NCBI GenBank assembly: GCA_030017835.1
Contig: JASEGU010000002.1
Coordinates: 29,248-93,247, forward strand
Source: Actinomycetota bacterium
Lineage (GTDB): Bacteria; Actinomycetota; Aquicultoria; UBA3085; Oleimmundimicrobiaceae
Length of the DNA stretch: 64,000 nucleotides
Direction of reading: 5' to 3'
Positions within the stretch are counted from its first letter, which is position 1. Each line of letters begins with the position of its first letter. Of this stretch, positions 1 to 10,037 are shown in pieces. A program made the translations under genes and the position numbers. The notes under the pieces were generated by a model, which was given only the letters and a program-made list of their open reading frames with translations, did not search any database and was not told where the DNA came from.

Positions 1-357
1 TTCTTGATGGATAGGATATATCTTCCAAAAGATGAGATGGAGATGTTTGGGCTTACAGAGAGCGACATCAGGGATTCTAAAATGACTCCCAAGATCATCC
101 AGTTTCTTCAGTTTCAGATCGAAAGAGCGAGATCGATCTATGTTGTCTCTGAGAAAGGAGTCTGGCTTATCGACGGCAAAAGATCGAGGTTGGTGGCCCT
201 TGCCATGTCACGGATATACGCTCAAATACTCGGAGCCATAGAAGATAATGATTACAACATCTTCGAAAAAAGAGTCTCCGTCGGATCGGTCAAGAAGTTG
301 ATAATTTTGACAAATGTTCTTCGTGAGGTAATGCTGTCATCAAAAAAGCCAAAATAG
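1..357 (+). CDS. Phytoene/squalene synthase family protein (CrtB/CrtM/HpnD-like), C-terminal part. The N-terminus lies beyond the window start.
   Basis: The translation FLMDRIYLPKDEMEMFGL...RARSIYV matches the conserved R(G)RxYLP..EL..FG region of trans-isoprenyl diphosphate synthases (CrtB/SQS). The reading frame is open from nucleotide 1. Confidence 0.55.
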   Translation, partial: FLMDRIYLPKDEMEMFGLTESDIRDSKMTPKIIQFLQFQIERARSIYVVSEKGVWLIDGKRSRLVALAMSRIYAQILGAIEDNDYNIFEKRVSVGSVKKLIILTNVLREVMLSSKKPK

Positions 358-361
358 CCAT

Positions 362-1528
362 TTATTTCAAAATTGTGTCCGAGGCTATCCTTAAGGAGGC
401 AATGACGGGCGGAAGTCCCCCACCGGGTTGGGTGCTGGCTCCAACATAATAGATGCCCCTTCTCTTCGAATCGATATTGGCCGGCCGGAAAAAAGCACTC
501 TGCATAAAATTATGAGCAAGACCAAAGGTTGCACCGTACTTGATGTTATAGCGATCTTCAAAATCACTCGGATAAAAACTATGTTCAACTTCTATCAGGC
601 TCTCAATATCGACCCCGCTAATCCGGCCAAGCTGGTCCAACGCTAACCTTCTAATGGTCTCTTTTGACTCTCTAAAGTCTGTTCTGGAAATCTTTAGGTT
701 CGGAACCGGTATTAAAAGGTAATATACGTCTTTCCCCTCCGGCGCAAGCCCCTCATCAGTGACGGTTGGAACGTGAAGATAGAAGGAGAAGTCGTTGCTG
801 GTAATTCCCGATTTAAAAATATTATTCAAATTCTTCTTCAAATCCTTGGCGAAAAAGAGGTTATGATGCTCAAAGCACCCCAGTTTTTTGCTCATGCCAA
901 GATAGATTAGGTATACGGAACAGGAGTATCGATAATCTGGGATCTTATCTCCAAGAAGCTCGGTCTTTGCGTAAGGATAATCGGCATTTATCACCAAACT
1001 GTCAAACCTCTCTTCTCCCTCATCAAAAGATATGACTAACTCACCACTAGAGCTCTTGACCGATGAGACTTCACATCCATAGTTGAAGGAGGCGCCAGAC
1101 TCCCTTGCCAGCCTTTCAAGTGCTTTTGGGACTTCATAGATGCCGCCGATGGGGTGAGAAATCTTTTGAATGTGATCGCTGTAGGTGATTATGCTGTAAA
1201 ACCCAGGGGTGTTAAAGGGAGAGACGCCCATAAACATCGCCTCGAAGGTGAAGGCGTAGGCAAGTTTATCCGTTTTGAAGTGCCGCTTTGCTAGCTGCCA
1301 GTAGCTCTTTCCAACTTTTAGATCGAAGAGGAGATTGAAAAGATCTGATTTTTTAAACGATTTATAGAGTAGCGAGCGGCTCGACTGCCTTGTAGATTTT
1401 TTCCGTCTCTAAGATAAAGGCTCGATAGCCAGACGAGCTGCCGTCGCAAGACCCCCAACCCCAGCGCCGACGATTCCGACTCTCTCCACTTGATCCTCCG
1501 ATCTATAGAAATTATCCGAATGCCACAT
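362..1528 (-). pseudogene. CrtI/CrtN-family FAD-dependent desaturase, disrupted. An in-frame TAG sits just after the FAD-binding motif, with an apparent frameshift and an internal deletion.
   Basis: The ATG at 1528-1526 gives [34 protein letters not shown] (a GxGxxG Rossmann motif), then an in-frame TAG at 1411-1409. The -1 frame continues ...SSGYRAFILE, which is the expected A.RLA..G..V.VLE continuation. The ORF at 362-1237 then encodes the CrtI-like C-terminal part (FTFEAMFMGVSPF...GASTQPGGGLPPVIASLRIA). There are only about 97 codons between the FAD motif and the FSFxxxxVG region, where CrtI has about 190. Confidence 0.55.
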
Positions 1529-2321
1529 CGAGTATCATCATGATGATGAATCCGAATAGAAGCCCGATGGTGGCCAGATCTGGATAGCCTCCCGATTGGG
1601 CTTCTGGAATAAGCTCTTCGGCAACGACGTATATCATGGCGCCGGCCGCAAAAGATAGCGCGTAAGGCAGAACGGGTCTGGCCAATAGTACCGCAGCCGC
1701 CCCGAGTAGCGAGGCAACAGGCTCTACCATCGCAGAGAGCTGTCCATACCAGAAGCTTTTAAGGGCGCTCATACCCTCGCGCCTTAAGGGGGCGGCAACG
1801 GCCAAGCCCTCCGGAATGTTCTGTATCCCTATGCCAAGGGCCAAGGCCGTTGCCGCCATCAAGGAAGCAGAACTATCCCCCAGAGCATAGGCGCCGAAGG
1901 CGACACCTATGGCCAGCCCTTCCGGTATGTTGTGTATAGTTATGGCCAAGATTAGCAGGGTCGATCTCCGCCAAGAGGTCTCTGGCCCCTCAGACATCTC
2001 CATGGGAAAGTTGATGTGGAGGTGGGGTAGTATCTTATCTATCAAGCCGATGAATAGCCCGCCCGTCATGAAACCGACAGTGGCTGGAAGCCAGGCCGGG
2101 ACGCCTCTGCCTTCACTCATCTCGATGGCCGGAGCAAGAAGTGACCAGTAGCTTGCGGCCAGCATAATTCCGGAGGCCAGACCGAGCATGAAACCAAAAG
2201 ACCTCTTGCTAAATTCCCTCTTGATGAATATCGCGCTTGCTCCCGCGGCCGTCAAAAACCAAGTGAAGATTCCGGCAAGGAGAGCCTGAGCTAAAGGATT
2301 AAGAGTCAAGAAGTAGTTCAA
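1512..2321 (-). CDS. zupT: ZIP-family zinc transporter ZupT
   Basis: Two HNIPEGLA(I/V) motifs ([15 protein letters not shown] and [15 protein letters not shown]), a polytopic membrane protein of about 270 aa. Confidence 0.8.
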   Translation of the reverse strand: MNYFLTLNPLAQALLAGIFTWFLTAAGASAIFIKREFSKRSFGFMLGLASGIMLAASYWSLLAPAIEMSEGRGVPAWLPATVGFMTGGLFIGLIDKILPHLHINFPMEMSEGPETSWRRSTLLILAITIHNIPEGLAIGVAFGAYALGDSSASLMAATALALGIGIQNIPEGLAVAAPLRREGMSALKSFWYGQLSAMVEPVASLLGAAAVLLARPVLPYALSFAAGAMIYVVAEELIPEAQSGGYPDLATIGLLFGFIIMMILDVAFG

Positions 2322-2333
2322 ACGATAAGCCTC

Positions 2334-3170
2334 CTAGGCTCGACCAGAAAACCTCTGACGCTGTTGCCACTCTTCTTTCAACTCAAAATAGAGTTCATCT
2401 GGAACCTCGATTGAGCCGAGCGAGAAATTCTTTGTTTCTCCGTGGTAATCCGAGCCACCAGTCTTCAAGATGCCAAGCTCGTCGGCAACCCTTCTATATT
2501 TTCCAACGTCAGCTTTTGTGTGTTCACTGTGATATATTTCAATTCCAGCAAGACCGACGTCAACAAAATCTGGTAGATCTTTATCTACTTTGGTTATGGC
2601 CGGATGGGCTAAGACGGGAAGGCCGCCGATATTGAGGACCATCTCTATGACCTCGGCAGGAGAGTATATGTACCTCTCAACATAGCAAGGAGCGTTTCTG
2701 CCGATGTACCTATCGAAAGCCTCTTGAATGGATGAGACATATCCCTTGGCCAGCATTACTCTGGATATATGAGCCCTGCCCCAAGATGATTCGTTGGTGA
2801 CCACCTTGGACAAATCTTCGAGCGAAACATCCACCCCCCTCTTATTAAGGGCCTTTATCATTTTGATCGCCCGGTCTCTTCTCGTCCTCCTTAGAAGCTT
2901 GAGATGGGAAAGAAATGAGCGATCTCTGTGATCGATATAATAGCCGAGGATGTGAACGTCTCGTCCATTTAAGTCTGAGCTGAGCTCGATTGATGGCACT
3001 ACGTCCAAACCGATTTTTGCCCCATAACTTAATGCCTCATCAACGGAATCGACACTATCGTGATCGGTTATAGCGACCGCCTTAAGCGAGGCTTGTTTGC
3101 ACTTATCCAAGAGCGTCTTTGGACCATAAAAACCATCCGATGCGGTGGTATGAATGTGTAGATCTATCAA
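2334..3170 (-). CDS. PHP-domain metal-dependent phosphoesterase (TrpH/YciV-like)
   Basis: N-terminal MIDLHIHTTASDG and further His/Asp motifs (ITDHDS, LAHP) typical of the PHP family; 278 aa. Confidence 0.7.
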   Translation of the reverse strand: MIDLHIHTTASDGFYGPKTLLDKCKQASLKAVAITDHDSVDSVDEALSYGAKIGLDVVPSIELSSDLNGRDVHILGYYIDHRDRSFLSHLKLLRRTRRDRAIKMIKALNKRGVDVSLEDLSKVVTNESSWGRAHISRVMLAKGYVSSIQEAFDRYIGRNAPCYVERYIYSPAEVIEMVLNIGGLPVLAHPAITKVDKDLPDFVDVGLAGIEIYHSEHTKADVGKYRRVADELGILKTGGSDYHGETKNFSLGSIEVPDELYFELKEEWQQRQRFSGRA

Positions 3171-3185
3171 CTTGCCAACCCCAAG

Positions 3186-4292
3186 CTATTCATCATCCTG
3201 GTCGATCAGCTCCAACACGAAGTTTAACCTATTCTTTTCCCTGCGGACCTTGGGGGTGCCAAGCGACTTTACAAAGTATTTTTCGGAGATACTCTCAAAC
3301 TCCGCTTCAAGCGCCCGCGCCAGTTTGTCTAAATCATCCCTTTCTATATAACTAGCAAGATTTCTGTTGTTGAATAAAATTGTATCGGTTCCCAACTCGG
3401 GCAGCCTTCTTCTGTGCCTTTTGAAGAGAGAGGATCGAATATCGGACAAGGGCTCTATTTCGCCCGCAAAGACTCGGTGGATGTTTCGCAAGGAGACGCT
3501 TAAGCCGTAGGAGTTGAGAGCGGCGTCCATCAGGCTCTTTGAGTCTCCAATCATTCCAAGACATTGCCACAGGGGAAGCTCGCCCTTTGAGAAGGAGTCA
3601 TAAAAGATTGACTCACCGCACTTTTGATGGGTCAGAAGATTTTGGCTCAAATCATAAATGGTGGCCAATATTTGCGACGCGGTTCCAAAAAAGAGGTTTA
3701 TCTCTTGATGCTCCAGCGCAAACTCGATGACCGTCCTTGAGATATTGCGCGGGCCCTTGACCACTACAACTTGTCCATTTTTTAGCCGGGTTAAGGGTAG
3801 TGTGGATTGATCCTTCTTTTCGGGCAATTTCTTAATATCGTTAACCACCCTAAAGAAGGTGCCCCTGCCTAAACCTGAGGCCAGGATGTCAATTTCGCTT
3901 ACATTGTTTCTGATCGAATAAAGGGCCATTCCACGGCCGTGAATACCGTACTTGTCCTCTACTATAGTATCCAGCTTCGAAGTGACCCTGGGCTCGAAGA
4001 CGAGGTTTAAAAGATCAGGGGGGATACCGCAGCCGTCATCTATTATGACGAGTCTTCTTTCATTTCCCTCCCGGTTAGAGGAGATGAAGATGTTTTTGCT
4101 TCCCGAATCTCGAGAGTTCCTTATGAGCTCTATCACCACATCCTCGAAACAACGGATGTCATGTTTGGCCTGACGCTTCTCTGCTTCAGATACGTTGAGG
4201 CGGACAAAGCCGCTTCCCAAATCCTCCTCTATCTTGAAGCGGCCGTCTGCGGATACATCCTCTACAAACTCCAAAAGATCGTCGTCATTCAC
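3186..4292 (-). CDS. Uncharacterised GHKL-superfamily ATPase (histidine-kinase-like ATPase fold, no HisKA domain)
   Basis: Bergerat-fold motifs are present: an N-box ELIRNSRDSG, a G1 box VIIDDGCGIP and a G2 box GIHGRGMA. About 200 aa of unassigned C-terminal domain follow. It sits between rny and the PHP gene. Confidence 0.55.
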   Translation of the reverse strand: MNDDDLLEFVEDVSADGRFKIEEDLGSGFVRLNVSEAEKRQAKHDIRCFEDVVIELIRNSRDSGSKNIFISSNREGNERRLVIIDDGCGIPPDLLNLVFEPRVTSKLDTIVEDKYGIHGRGMALYSIRNNVSEIDILASGLGRGTFFRVVNDIKKLPEKKDQSTLPLTRLKNGQVVVVKGPRNISRTVIEFALEHQEINLFFGTASQILATIYDLSQNLLTHQKCGESIFYDSFSKGELPLWQCLGMIGDSKSLMDAALNSYGLSVSLRNIHRVFAGEIEPLSDIRSSLFKRHRRRLPELGTDTILFNNRNLASYIERDDLDKLARALEAEFESISEKYFVKSLGTPKVRREKNRLNFVLELIDQDDE

Positions 4293-4316
4293 GAAAGTCG
4301 CCTCGCCATCAATAAC

Positions 4317-5855
4317 CTATTTTGCGTACTCTATCGACCTTTGTTCCCTTATCACTGTGACCTTTATCTGGCCGGGATAATCCATTTCGGCCTCTATTTT
4401 TTTGGCCATATCTCTGGCTAATATCGAGACCTCGTCATCTTTGAGTTCTTCTGGTTTGACCATAACCCTAACCTCGCGGCCGGCCTGCATGACGAAGGTC
4501 TTCTCAACGCCTTTATAAGAATCTGCGATCTTCTCCAGATTTTCGAGCCTCTTTATGTAACTTTCCAAGGTCTCTCGCCTTGCGCCTGGCCTTGCCGCCG
4601 AAATCGCATCGGCCGACTGGACTAGGACCGCTTCGATGGTCTTTGGTTCGACGTCCAAATGGTGCGCCTCGATCGCATGACATATTGCAGGCGACTCTTG
4701 AAACCTCTTAACCAGATCGGCTCCAATGACGGCGTGCGAGCCCTCTACTTCATGATCGATTGCTTTACCTATATCGTGCAATAGGCCAGCCCTTTTTGCA
4801 AGTTTGATGTCAGAGCCAAGCTCAGCAGCCATTACCCCGGCAAGATGAGACACCTCTATCGAGTGGAGAAGGACGTTCTGTCCATAGCTTGTCCTATACT
4901 TAAGCCTTCCAAGAACTCGCACTAGTTCGGGATGCAGGTTTTGGACGTTGGTATCGAAGGCCGCCTGCTCTCCCCGTTCCCTAATCTCAGCCTCCACTTC
5001 TTGCTTGGCCTTCTCATACATCTCTTCTATCCTAGCAGGATGTATCCTTCCATCGGCGATCAGTTTTTCTAGGGCGATTCTTGCGATTTCACGCCTTACC
5101 GGATCGAAGCACGATAAAACCACAGCTTCTGGTGTATCATCGATGATTAGATTTACCCCAGAGACATTTTCAAAAGCGCGGATATTCCTTCCCTCCCGAC
5201 CGATGATCCTTCCCTTCATCTCATCGCTTGGGAGTGCCACCGTAGAGACAGTGGTCTCGGCGACATGTTCGGCCGCGCAGCGCTGAATGGCAAGTGATAC
5301 TATGTTTCTAGCCCTCTTAGACGATTCTTCCCTGGCTTCATTCTCTATTGTCTTAACCAAGACGGCCATATCGTGACGGGCTTCATCCTCTACCTTCTTG
5401 AGCAATAGGTCCTTGGCCTCTACTACAGTCATTTTAGCGACCTCTTGGAGGACCTCTTTCTGTTTACCTATTATTCCTTGCAGTTCCTCCTCGCTCTTCT
5501 CAAGCTTCTTTTTTGCCTCAAAAAGATTCTTCTCTTCGTGGGCCAAGTTTTCCCTTTTAACATCCAGAGCTTCTTCTTTTTGAACTAGCCTGCTTTCAAT
5601 CTTTTGTATCTCAAGCCTACGATCTTTTGTTTCCTTTTCCGACTCCACCCTAAGAGAGTGAATGCTCTCTTTGGCCTCGAGCATCGCTTCTTTTTTGATG
5701 GTATCAGCCTCTTTGGCCGCATCGCTGATTATCCTCCTTGCTTCGGTTTCTGCGGAATCTATCTTCGTTTCAGCCAAATATCGCCTGATGAAATAACCTA
5801 CTACGCCTGCCAGAGAGATTGTCAAGATCGCTGTAATAACATTGCCAGCTTGCAT
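4317..5855 (-). CDS. rny: Ribonuclease Y
   Basis: N-terminal transmembrane helix, a coiled-coil, a KH domain ([15 protein letters not shown]) and an HD domain ([12 protein letters not shown]...). An AGGAGG ribosome-binding site sits 7 nt upstream. Confidence 0.9.
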   Translation of the reverse strand: MQAGNVITAILTISLAGVVGYFIRRYLAETKIDSAETEARRIISDAAKEADTIKKEAMLEAKESIHSLRVESEKETKDRRLEIQKIESRLVQKEEALDVKRENLAHEEKNLFEAKKKLEKSEEELQGIIGKQKEVLQEVAKMTVVEAKDLLLKKVEDEARHDMAVLVKTIENEAREESSKRARNIVSLAIQRCAAEHVAETTVSTVALPSDEMKGRIIGREGRNIRAFENVSGVNLIIDDTPEAVVLSCFDPVRREIARIALEKLIADGRIHPARIEEMYEKAKQEVEAEIRERGEQAAFDTNVQNLHPELVRVLGRLKYRTSYGQNVLLHSIEVSHLAGVMAAELGSDIKLAKRAGLLHDIGKAIDHEVEGSHAVIGADLVKRFQESPAICHAIEAHHLDVEPKTIEAVLVQSADAISAARPGARRETLESYIKRLENLEKIADSYKGVEKTFVMQAGREVRVMVKPEELKDDEVSILARDMAKKIEAEMDYPGQIKVTVIREQRSIEYAK

Positions 5856-5870
5856 TGTCCGATCCTCCTT

Positions 5871-5906
5871 AAAATAAAATAAAATAAGCTGAGCATTGCT
5901 CAGCTT
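5871..5906 (-). terminator. Terminator-like or attenuator hairpin (9-bp stem, 3-nt loop) followed by a U-rich tract, immediately 5' of the rny RBS
   Basis: The minus strand reads AAGCUGAGC-AAU-GCUCAGCUU, then AUUUUAUUUUAUUUU, then AAGGAGG, then ATG. It lies in a 275-bp AT-rich non-coding gap between recX and rny. Confidence 0.35.
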
Positions 5907-6130
5907 ATAAATATTACTTAAATAAACTCAAAAACGCCTAACTTAAACCCCTGCGTTCATGAGGTCAATTTTTCTAAACTATATAGATACTTGGCCAGAT
6001 GACCTTAAATCTATAGATAAAAAAATAATTTAAGTAAATTTAAAGCATAAGCAACTTTAATACATCTTTTTTCAGTTATGTAAAACAAAATCTAACTAAT
6101 GATGAGTATACTATTTGAAAACGGGTTAGG

Positions 6131-6610
6131 TCAATCCGAGCCATGATCGAATTCGTAAATTTCTTTTGAGACTCTACTAGCCACTTCCAGTGAGAAGCCT
6201 CTTGAGATTAGGTAATCTCCCAGCCTCTTTCTTTGTCTGATCGGATCCTTGGCCGTTTTGTCGAATCGTTTAGCAAGAGAGGCTGCAAGAACCCCCTCCT
6301 CATCTGCCGAATAGAATTCATCAAGGCAACCATCAATCATCTCTCTTGATATGCCCTTTTTCGTCAACTCAAACCTTATCCGGTTGGGACCGACGGGCCG
6401 GCCACGCTTCTTAGACTCTATCCAATCACGACAAAATGTCCTATCGTCTACTAGGGCTGACCCTGCAAGTCTGACCAGAATATCAGATATGGTATCTTCA
6501 TCGTGCCCCTTCTTTGCCAAATAGTCTGATATCTCTCTTCGGCTTCTATTCCTGAAAGATAGATATTTAAGAGCCTGACCCATTGGCTTGGACAGATTAT
6601 CATTATCCAA
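6131..6610 (-). CDS. recX: Recombination regulator RecX
   Basis: RecX-family repeat motifs (YLSFRNRSRREISDYLAKKG..., RFELTKKGISREMI) and a position immediately downstream of recA. Confidence 0.85.
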   Translation of the reverse strand: MDNDNLSKPMGQALKYLSFRNRSRREISDYLAKKGHDEDTISDILVRLAGSALVDDRTFCRDWIESKKRGRPVGPNRIRFELTKKGISREMIDGCLDEFYSADEEGVLAASLAKRFDKTAKDPIRQRKRLGDYLISRGFSLEVASRVSKEIYEFDHGSD

Positions 6611-6616
6611 AAGAGC

Positions 6617-7648
6617 CTACTCTTCTTCGACTAAGGATCCGGCTTCGGTCCCTACCTCTTTCTTGCCAATGCCCAACGACTCTTTTATCTTGGATTCGAT
6701 TTCATCGGCGAGCGCTGGGTTGTCTTCGAGAAACTGTTTTGCGTTCTCGCGCCCTTGACCCAACCTCTCCTCGCCGTATGTGTACCAAGATCCACTCTTT
6801 CCGATTATGGCGGTCTCGACGCCCATATCAACGATACCGCCTTCTCTGGATATCCCCTTGCCATAGACGATATCGAATTCTGCCTGCCTAAAGGGTGGTG
6901 CAACTTTATTCTTGACTATCTTTGCCCTAACCCGGTTACCGACGACATCTACGCCCTGTTTGATCGACTCTACCTTGCGTATGTCTATCCTTACTGAGGA
7001 GTAGAACTTAAGTGCTCTACCGCCCGGAGTTACCTCTGGATTTCCAAACATGATGCCTATCTTCTCGCGAAGTTGATTGATGAATATCATGACCGTCTTC
7101 GATTTATTTATTGATCCTGAGAGTTTTCGCAAAGCTTGGGACATCAGTCTGGCCTGGAGTCCAACGTGAGAGTCGCCCATCTCCCCTTCTATTTCGGCTC
7201 TTGGAACCAGCGCTGCGACAGAATCGACGACTATTATGTCAATGGTGCCGCTTCTGATCAGCATCTCAGATATCTCAAGAGCCTGCTCCCCGGTATCAGG
7301 CTGAGATACGAGAAGATCCTCGACGTTTACGCCTAGATTCTTTGCATAATCGGAGTCAAGGACATGCTCGGCATCTATGAAGGCGGCCAAGCCCCCCATC
7401 TTTTGGGCTTCAGCAATTATCTGAAGGGCTAGCGTAGTTTTGCCCGATGATTCGGGGCCAAAGACCTCGATTATCCTACCCCTTGGAACGCCCCCAACGC
7501 CGAGCGCTATATCCAGGGCCAGCGAACCGGTTGGTATGGTTGAAAAGTTCAATTTGGTCGGCTGATCGCCCAATCTCATTATGGCACCCTTGCCGTATTT
7601 TCTCTCGATCTGCTCCCTGGTCAACTCCAAAACTTTATCCCGTTCCAT
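6617..7648 (-). CDS. recA: Recombinase RecA
   Basis: Walker [10 protein letters not shown], the RecA loop motifs and near full-length identity with known RecA; a GGAGG RBS. Confidence 0.95.
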   Translation of the reverse strand: MERDKVLELTREQIERKYGKGAIMRLGDQPTKLNFSTIPTGSLALDIALGVGGVPRGRIIEVFGPESSGKTTLALQIIAEAQKMGGLAAFIDAEHVLDSDYAKNLGVNVEDLLVSQPDTGEQALEISEMLIRSGTIDIIVVDSVAALVPRAEIEGEMGDSHVGLQARLMSQALRKLSGSINKSKTVMIFINQLREKIGIMFGNPEVTPGGRALKFYSSVRIDIRKVESIKQGVDVVGNRVRAKIVKNKVAPPFRQAEFDIVYGKGISREGGIVDMGVETAIIGKSGSWYTYGEERLGQGRENAKQFLEDNPALADEIESKIKESLGIGKKEVGTEAGSLVEEE

Positions 7649-7682
7649 ACACCCTCCTCATGTCTGTTCGCTAAATCTTATA

Positions 7683-7696
7683 CGAACCTATGTTCG
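7683..7696. promoter_or_regulatory. LexA operator (Cheo/SOS box CGAAC-N4-GTTCG) in the recA promoter spacer
   Basis: CGAACCTATGTTCG is a perfect palindrome that fits the Gram-positive LexA consensus. It sits between a -35 TTGACA (7699-7704, minus strand) and a -10 TATAAG (7677-7682, minus strand), about 35-50 nt upstream of the recA ATG, and overlaps the thpR stop codon. Confidence 0.6.
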
Positions 7697-8254
7697 ATTG
7701 TCAATCGTCAATCCGACTTCAAATATTTTCTCATAAACGGGGCCGTTTGGCATCAATTTACTTTCATAAATATTTACCGATCGCACCGTTTCGGTCGCCC
7801 CGAGTCTATTTAGCGAGCTTGTCTTGGCTATAATCTGAGATAAATCGACTTTTTCCTTGGTGCGACAGATTGTAATGTGTGGTTTAAGTGGCGGTATATC
7901 TTCATCGTTTTTATGCGAGAGAGCCGCATTTATAATATCGCCTATTTTAATAAGCTCATCAAGTCCCTTATCGATTCCCATCCAAATGACGTGGACTCGC
8001 TTAGTGCTGGGAAAAGCTCCAAGACTCTTAAGCGATAGGTCAAAGACGGTCTGCCCCATCAAGACGGTTGAGAGCGCCTTAGAAATATCATCGACCTCAC
8101 TTGGATTTATTTCGCCCAAGAATTTCAGGGTTATATGAAGGTTTTGATTTTTGACCCATCTGGCAGATGGTAGGCTTGGTAATAGCTTTTGCTTTAAATC
8201 CGCAAGATCATCCTTTAGACTATCTGGAAGATCCGCCCCAATGAATACCCGCAT
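7688..8254 (-). CDS. thpR: RNA 2',3'-cyclic phosphodiesterase (2H family, ThpR/LigT)
   Basis: Two H-x-T-x motifs (HITLKF and HITICR); 188 aa. Confidence 0.8.
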   Translation of the reverse strand: MRVFIGADLPDSLKDDLADLKQKLLPSLPSARWVKNQNLHITLKFLGEINPSEVDDISKALSTVLMGQTVFDLSLKSLGAFPSTKRVHVIWMGIDKGLDELIKIGDIINAALSHKNDEDIPPLKPHITICRTKEKVDLSQIIAKTSSLNRLGATETVRSVNIYESKLMPNGPVYEKIFEVGLTIDNRT

Positions 8255-8262
8255 ATGTCGAA

Positions 8263-9498
8263 TCAGCCCCCAAGGAGAAAGTCTCTTAGCATCCTAAGGG
8301 CCGCCTCTGATGATTTGAGTCTTATCTCGCCTCGGCTGCCGGAAAAATGGTGCCTATCCGTTAAATAACCGTTAAGGTGCCAGAGGGCGATATCGACCGT
8401 GCCGACCGGTTTGTATTCGCTGCCTCCCGATGGTCCAGCGATACCGGTTACCGATAAACCGATATCTGAGGAGATGGCTTTGGCCACCCCCTTTGCCATA
8501 TCCAACGCCACCTCTGGGCTTACGGCGCCAAGCTCTTCAATATGGCGCTTGGAGACCTTCAATACTCTCTCCTTTGCCTCATTAGCGTAGGAGACAACAG
8601 CGCCTAAAAAATATTTTGAACTCCCGGATACATCCGTAATCCTTTTTGAGATCAGGCCGCCCGTGCATGATTCGGCGACAGCTAGGGTGAGCTTCCTCGC
8701 TTCAAGAAGCATTCCAATCGACTCCTCCAAAGAGACCCCGTCGAAACCTATGAGGTGTTCGCCGAGCATTTCTTGAAGACGACGGGAGGCCTCGTCAAGG
8801 ATCGTCCTTCCACCGTCGCCATCGGCCATAAGGGAGAGGTGTATCTCTACGCTCTCTGGATGAGGTATCAAGGAGATATCAAGCATGAACTCCTCTTCAA
8901 GTCCTCGTATCCTCTCTTCGACCTCTACTTCGTTTATTCCGCTCACTCTGGCCGTTTTAACCAAAAACCTCTTAGAAAGGGAGAACCTCTTCTCGATAAA
9001 GGGAATAACTTGGTCTTGAAGCATCTCTTTCATTTCCGAAGGAACTCCAGGCAGAGCTATTACTACCTTGCCATCTTTATCGATACAAAGACCGGGAGCA
9101 GTTCCAGTGCTTGGCAGGATAGGCTGAGCGCCTGGAAATATTTCGGCCTGTCTTTTGATGACCTCCTTGGTCTCCCTCCTCAAGAGGTTATACCGATCTT
9201 CAATTAACCCCAAGAGTTTGGGGTCAATCTTAAGGTCTTCGCCAAAGTAGTGGGCGAGTGCTTCCCTGGTCAAATCATCCATGGTTGGGCCCAGCCCGCC
9301 TGTTATTATGAGAAGATCGCTCGATTTTAGAGATACCCCAATCTCATCTTCGATTACATCCAAGGAATCCGATACTATCGATACCTTATTCACCACCAGC
9401 CCCATCTTTGCTAAGCTTAAGGCTATCTCCCTTGAGTTGGTATCGACGGCAAGCCCTTTGGTGAGCTCGCTTCCGATTATAAGAATGTTGAATTTCAA
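8263..9498 (-). CDS. cinA: Competence/damage-inducible protein CinA (MoCF-binding domain plus a PncC-like NMN deamidase domain)
   Basis: N-terminal MKFNILIIGSELTKG molybdopterin-binding fold and a C-terminal CinA domain, in the conserved pgsA-cinA-recA arrangement. Confidence 0.85.
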   Translation of the reverse strand: MKFNILIIGSELTKGLAVDTNSREIALSLAKMGLVVNKVSIVSDSLDVIEDEIGVSLKSSDLLIITGGLGPTMDDLTREALAHYFGEDLKIDPKLLGLIEDRYNLLRRETKEVIKRQAEIFPGAQPILPSTGTAPGLCIDKDGKVVIALPGVPSEMKEMLQDQVIPFIEKRFSLSKRFLVKTARVSGINEVEVEERIRGLEEEFMLDISLIPHPESVEIHLSLMADGDGGRTILDEASRRLQEMLGEHLIGFDGVSLEESIGMLLEARKLTLAVAESCTGGLISKRITDVSGSSKYFLGAVVSYANEAKERVLKVSKRHIEELGAVSPEVALDMAKGVAKAISSDIGLSVTGIAGPSGGSEYKPVGTVDIALWHLNGYLTDRHHFSGSRGEIRLKSSEAALRMLRDFLLGG

Positions 9499-10037
9499 AG
9501 TCCCTCGCTCTCCTCATTAAGCCAGATATCTCGAGTCTTTAAAAAATAGTCTATTCCGGAAAATACCGTAAGGGAGAGGGCAAGAGCCATTGATGCGTTT
9601 GCCAGGTGAGTATTTGGAAAGATTATCCAAAAAATTACCGCAATTATTTGGCTTACCGTCTTCACTTTGCCCCAGATGCTGGCCTCGATAACTCTCTTTT
9701 CGGCTATGGCCATTATCCTTAGACCTGAGACTGCGAACTCGCGAGCTATTATGGTCATTGCTATCCACGAAGATATTAGACTCAGCTCAACCAGGGAGAT
9801 AAGAGCCGCAGAGATCAATAGCTTATCGGCCAAGGGATCGAGAAATTTTCCAAAGATGGTGACCATATTTTTTGAGCGAGCCACATACCCGTCGAGACCA
9901 TCAGTGGCAGCCGCTATGACAAAAATAGAGACGGCAACAAAGTTGCCGTATTTGAGCGGAGAGAGCAAAAAGGCCATGAATGCAGGGATTAAGAGTATCC
10001 TAATGATGGTTATCCGGTTCGCTATATTTGCCATCAA
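9495..10037 (-). CDS. pgsA: CDP-diacylglycerol--glycerol-3-phosphate 3-phosphatidyltransferase
   Basis: CDP-alcohol phosphotransferase motif DGxxAR...G...D...D (DGLDGYVARSKNMVTIFGKFLDPLADK). Confidence 0.85.
   Translation of the reverse strand: MMANIANRITIIRILLIPAFMAFLLSPLKYGNFVAVSIFVIAAATDGLDGYVARSKNMVTIFGKFLDPLADKLLISAALISLVELSLISSWIAMTIIAREFAVSGLRIMAIAEKRVIEASIWGKVKTVSQIIAVIFWIIFPNTHLANASMALALSLTVFSGIDYFLKTRDIWLNEESEGL

Noticed and set aside
5909-6130. A 24-codon ORF (MRSIFLNYIDTWPDDLKSIDKKII) and other tiny ORFs in the rny leader
   Set aside because: It has no RBS, is very short, and sits in an AT-rich region where random ORFs are expected. The region is treated as non-coding leader instead.
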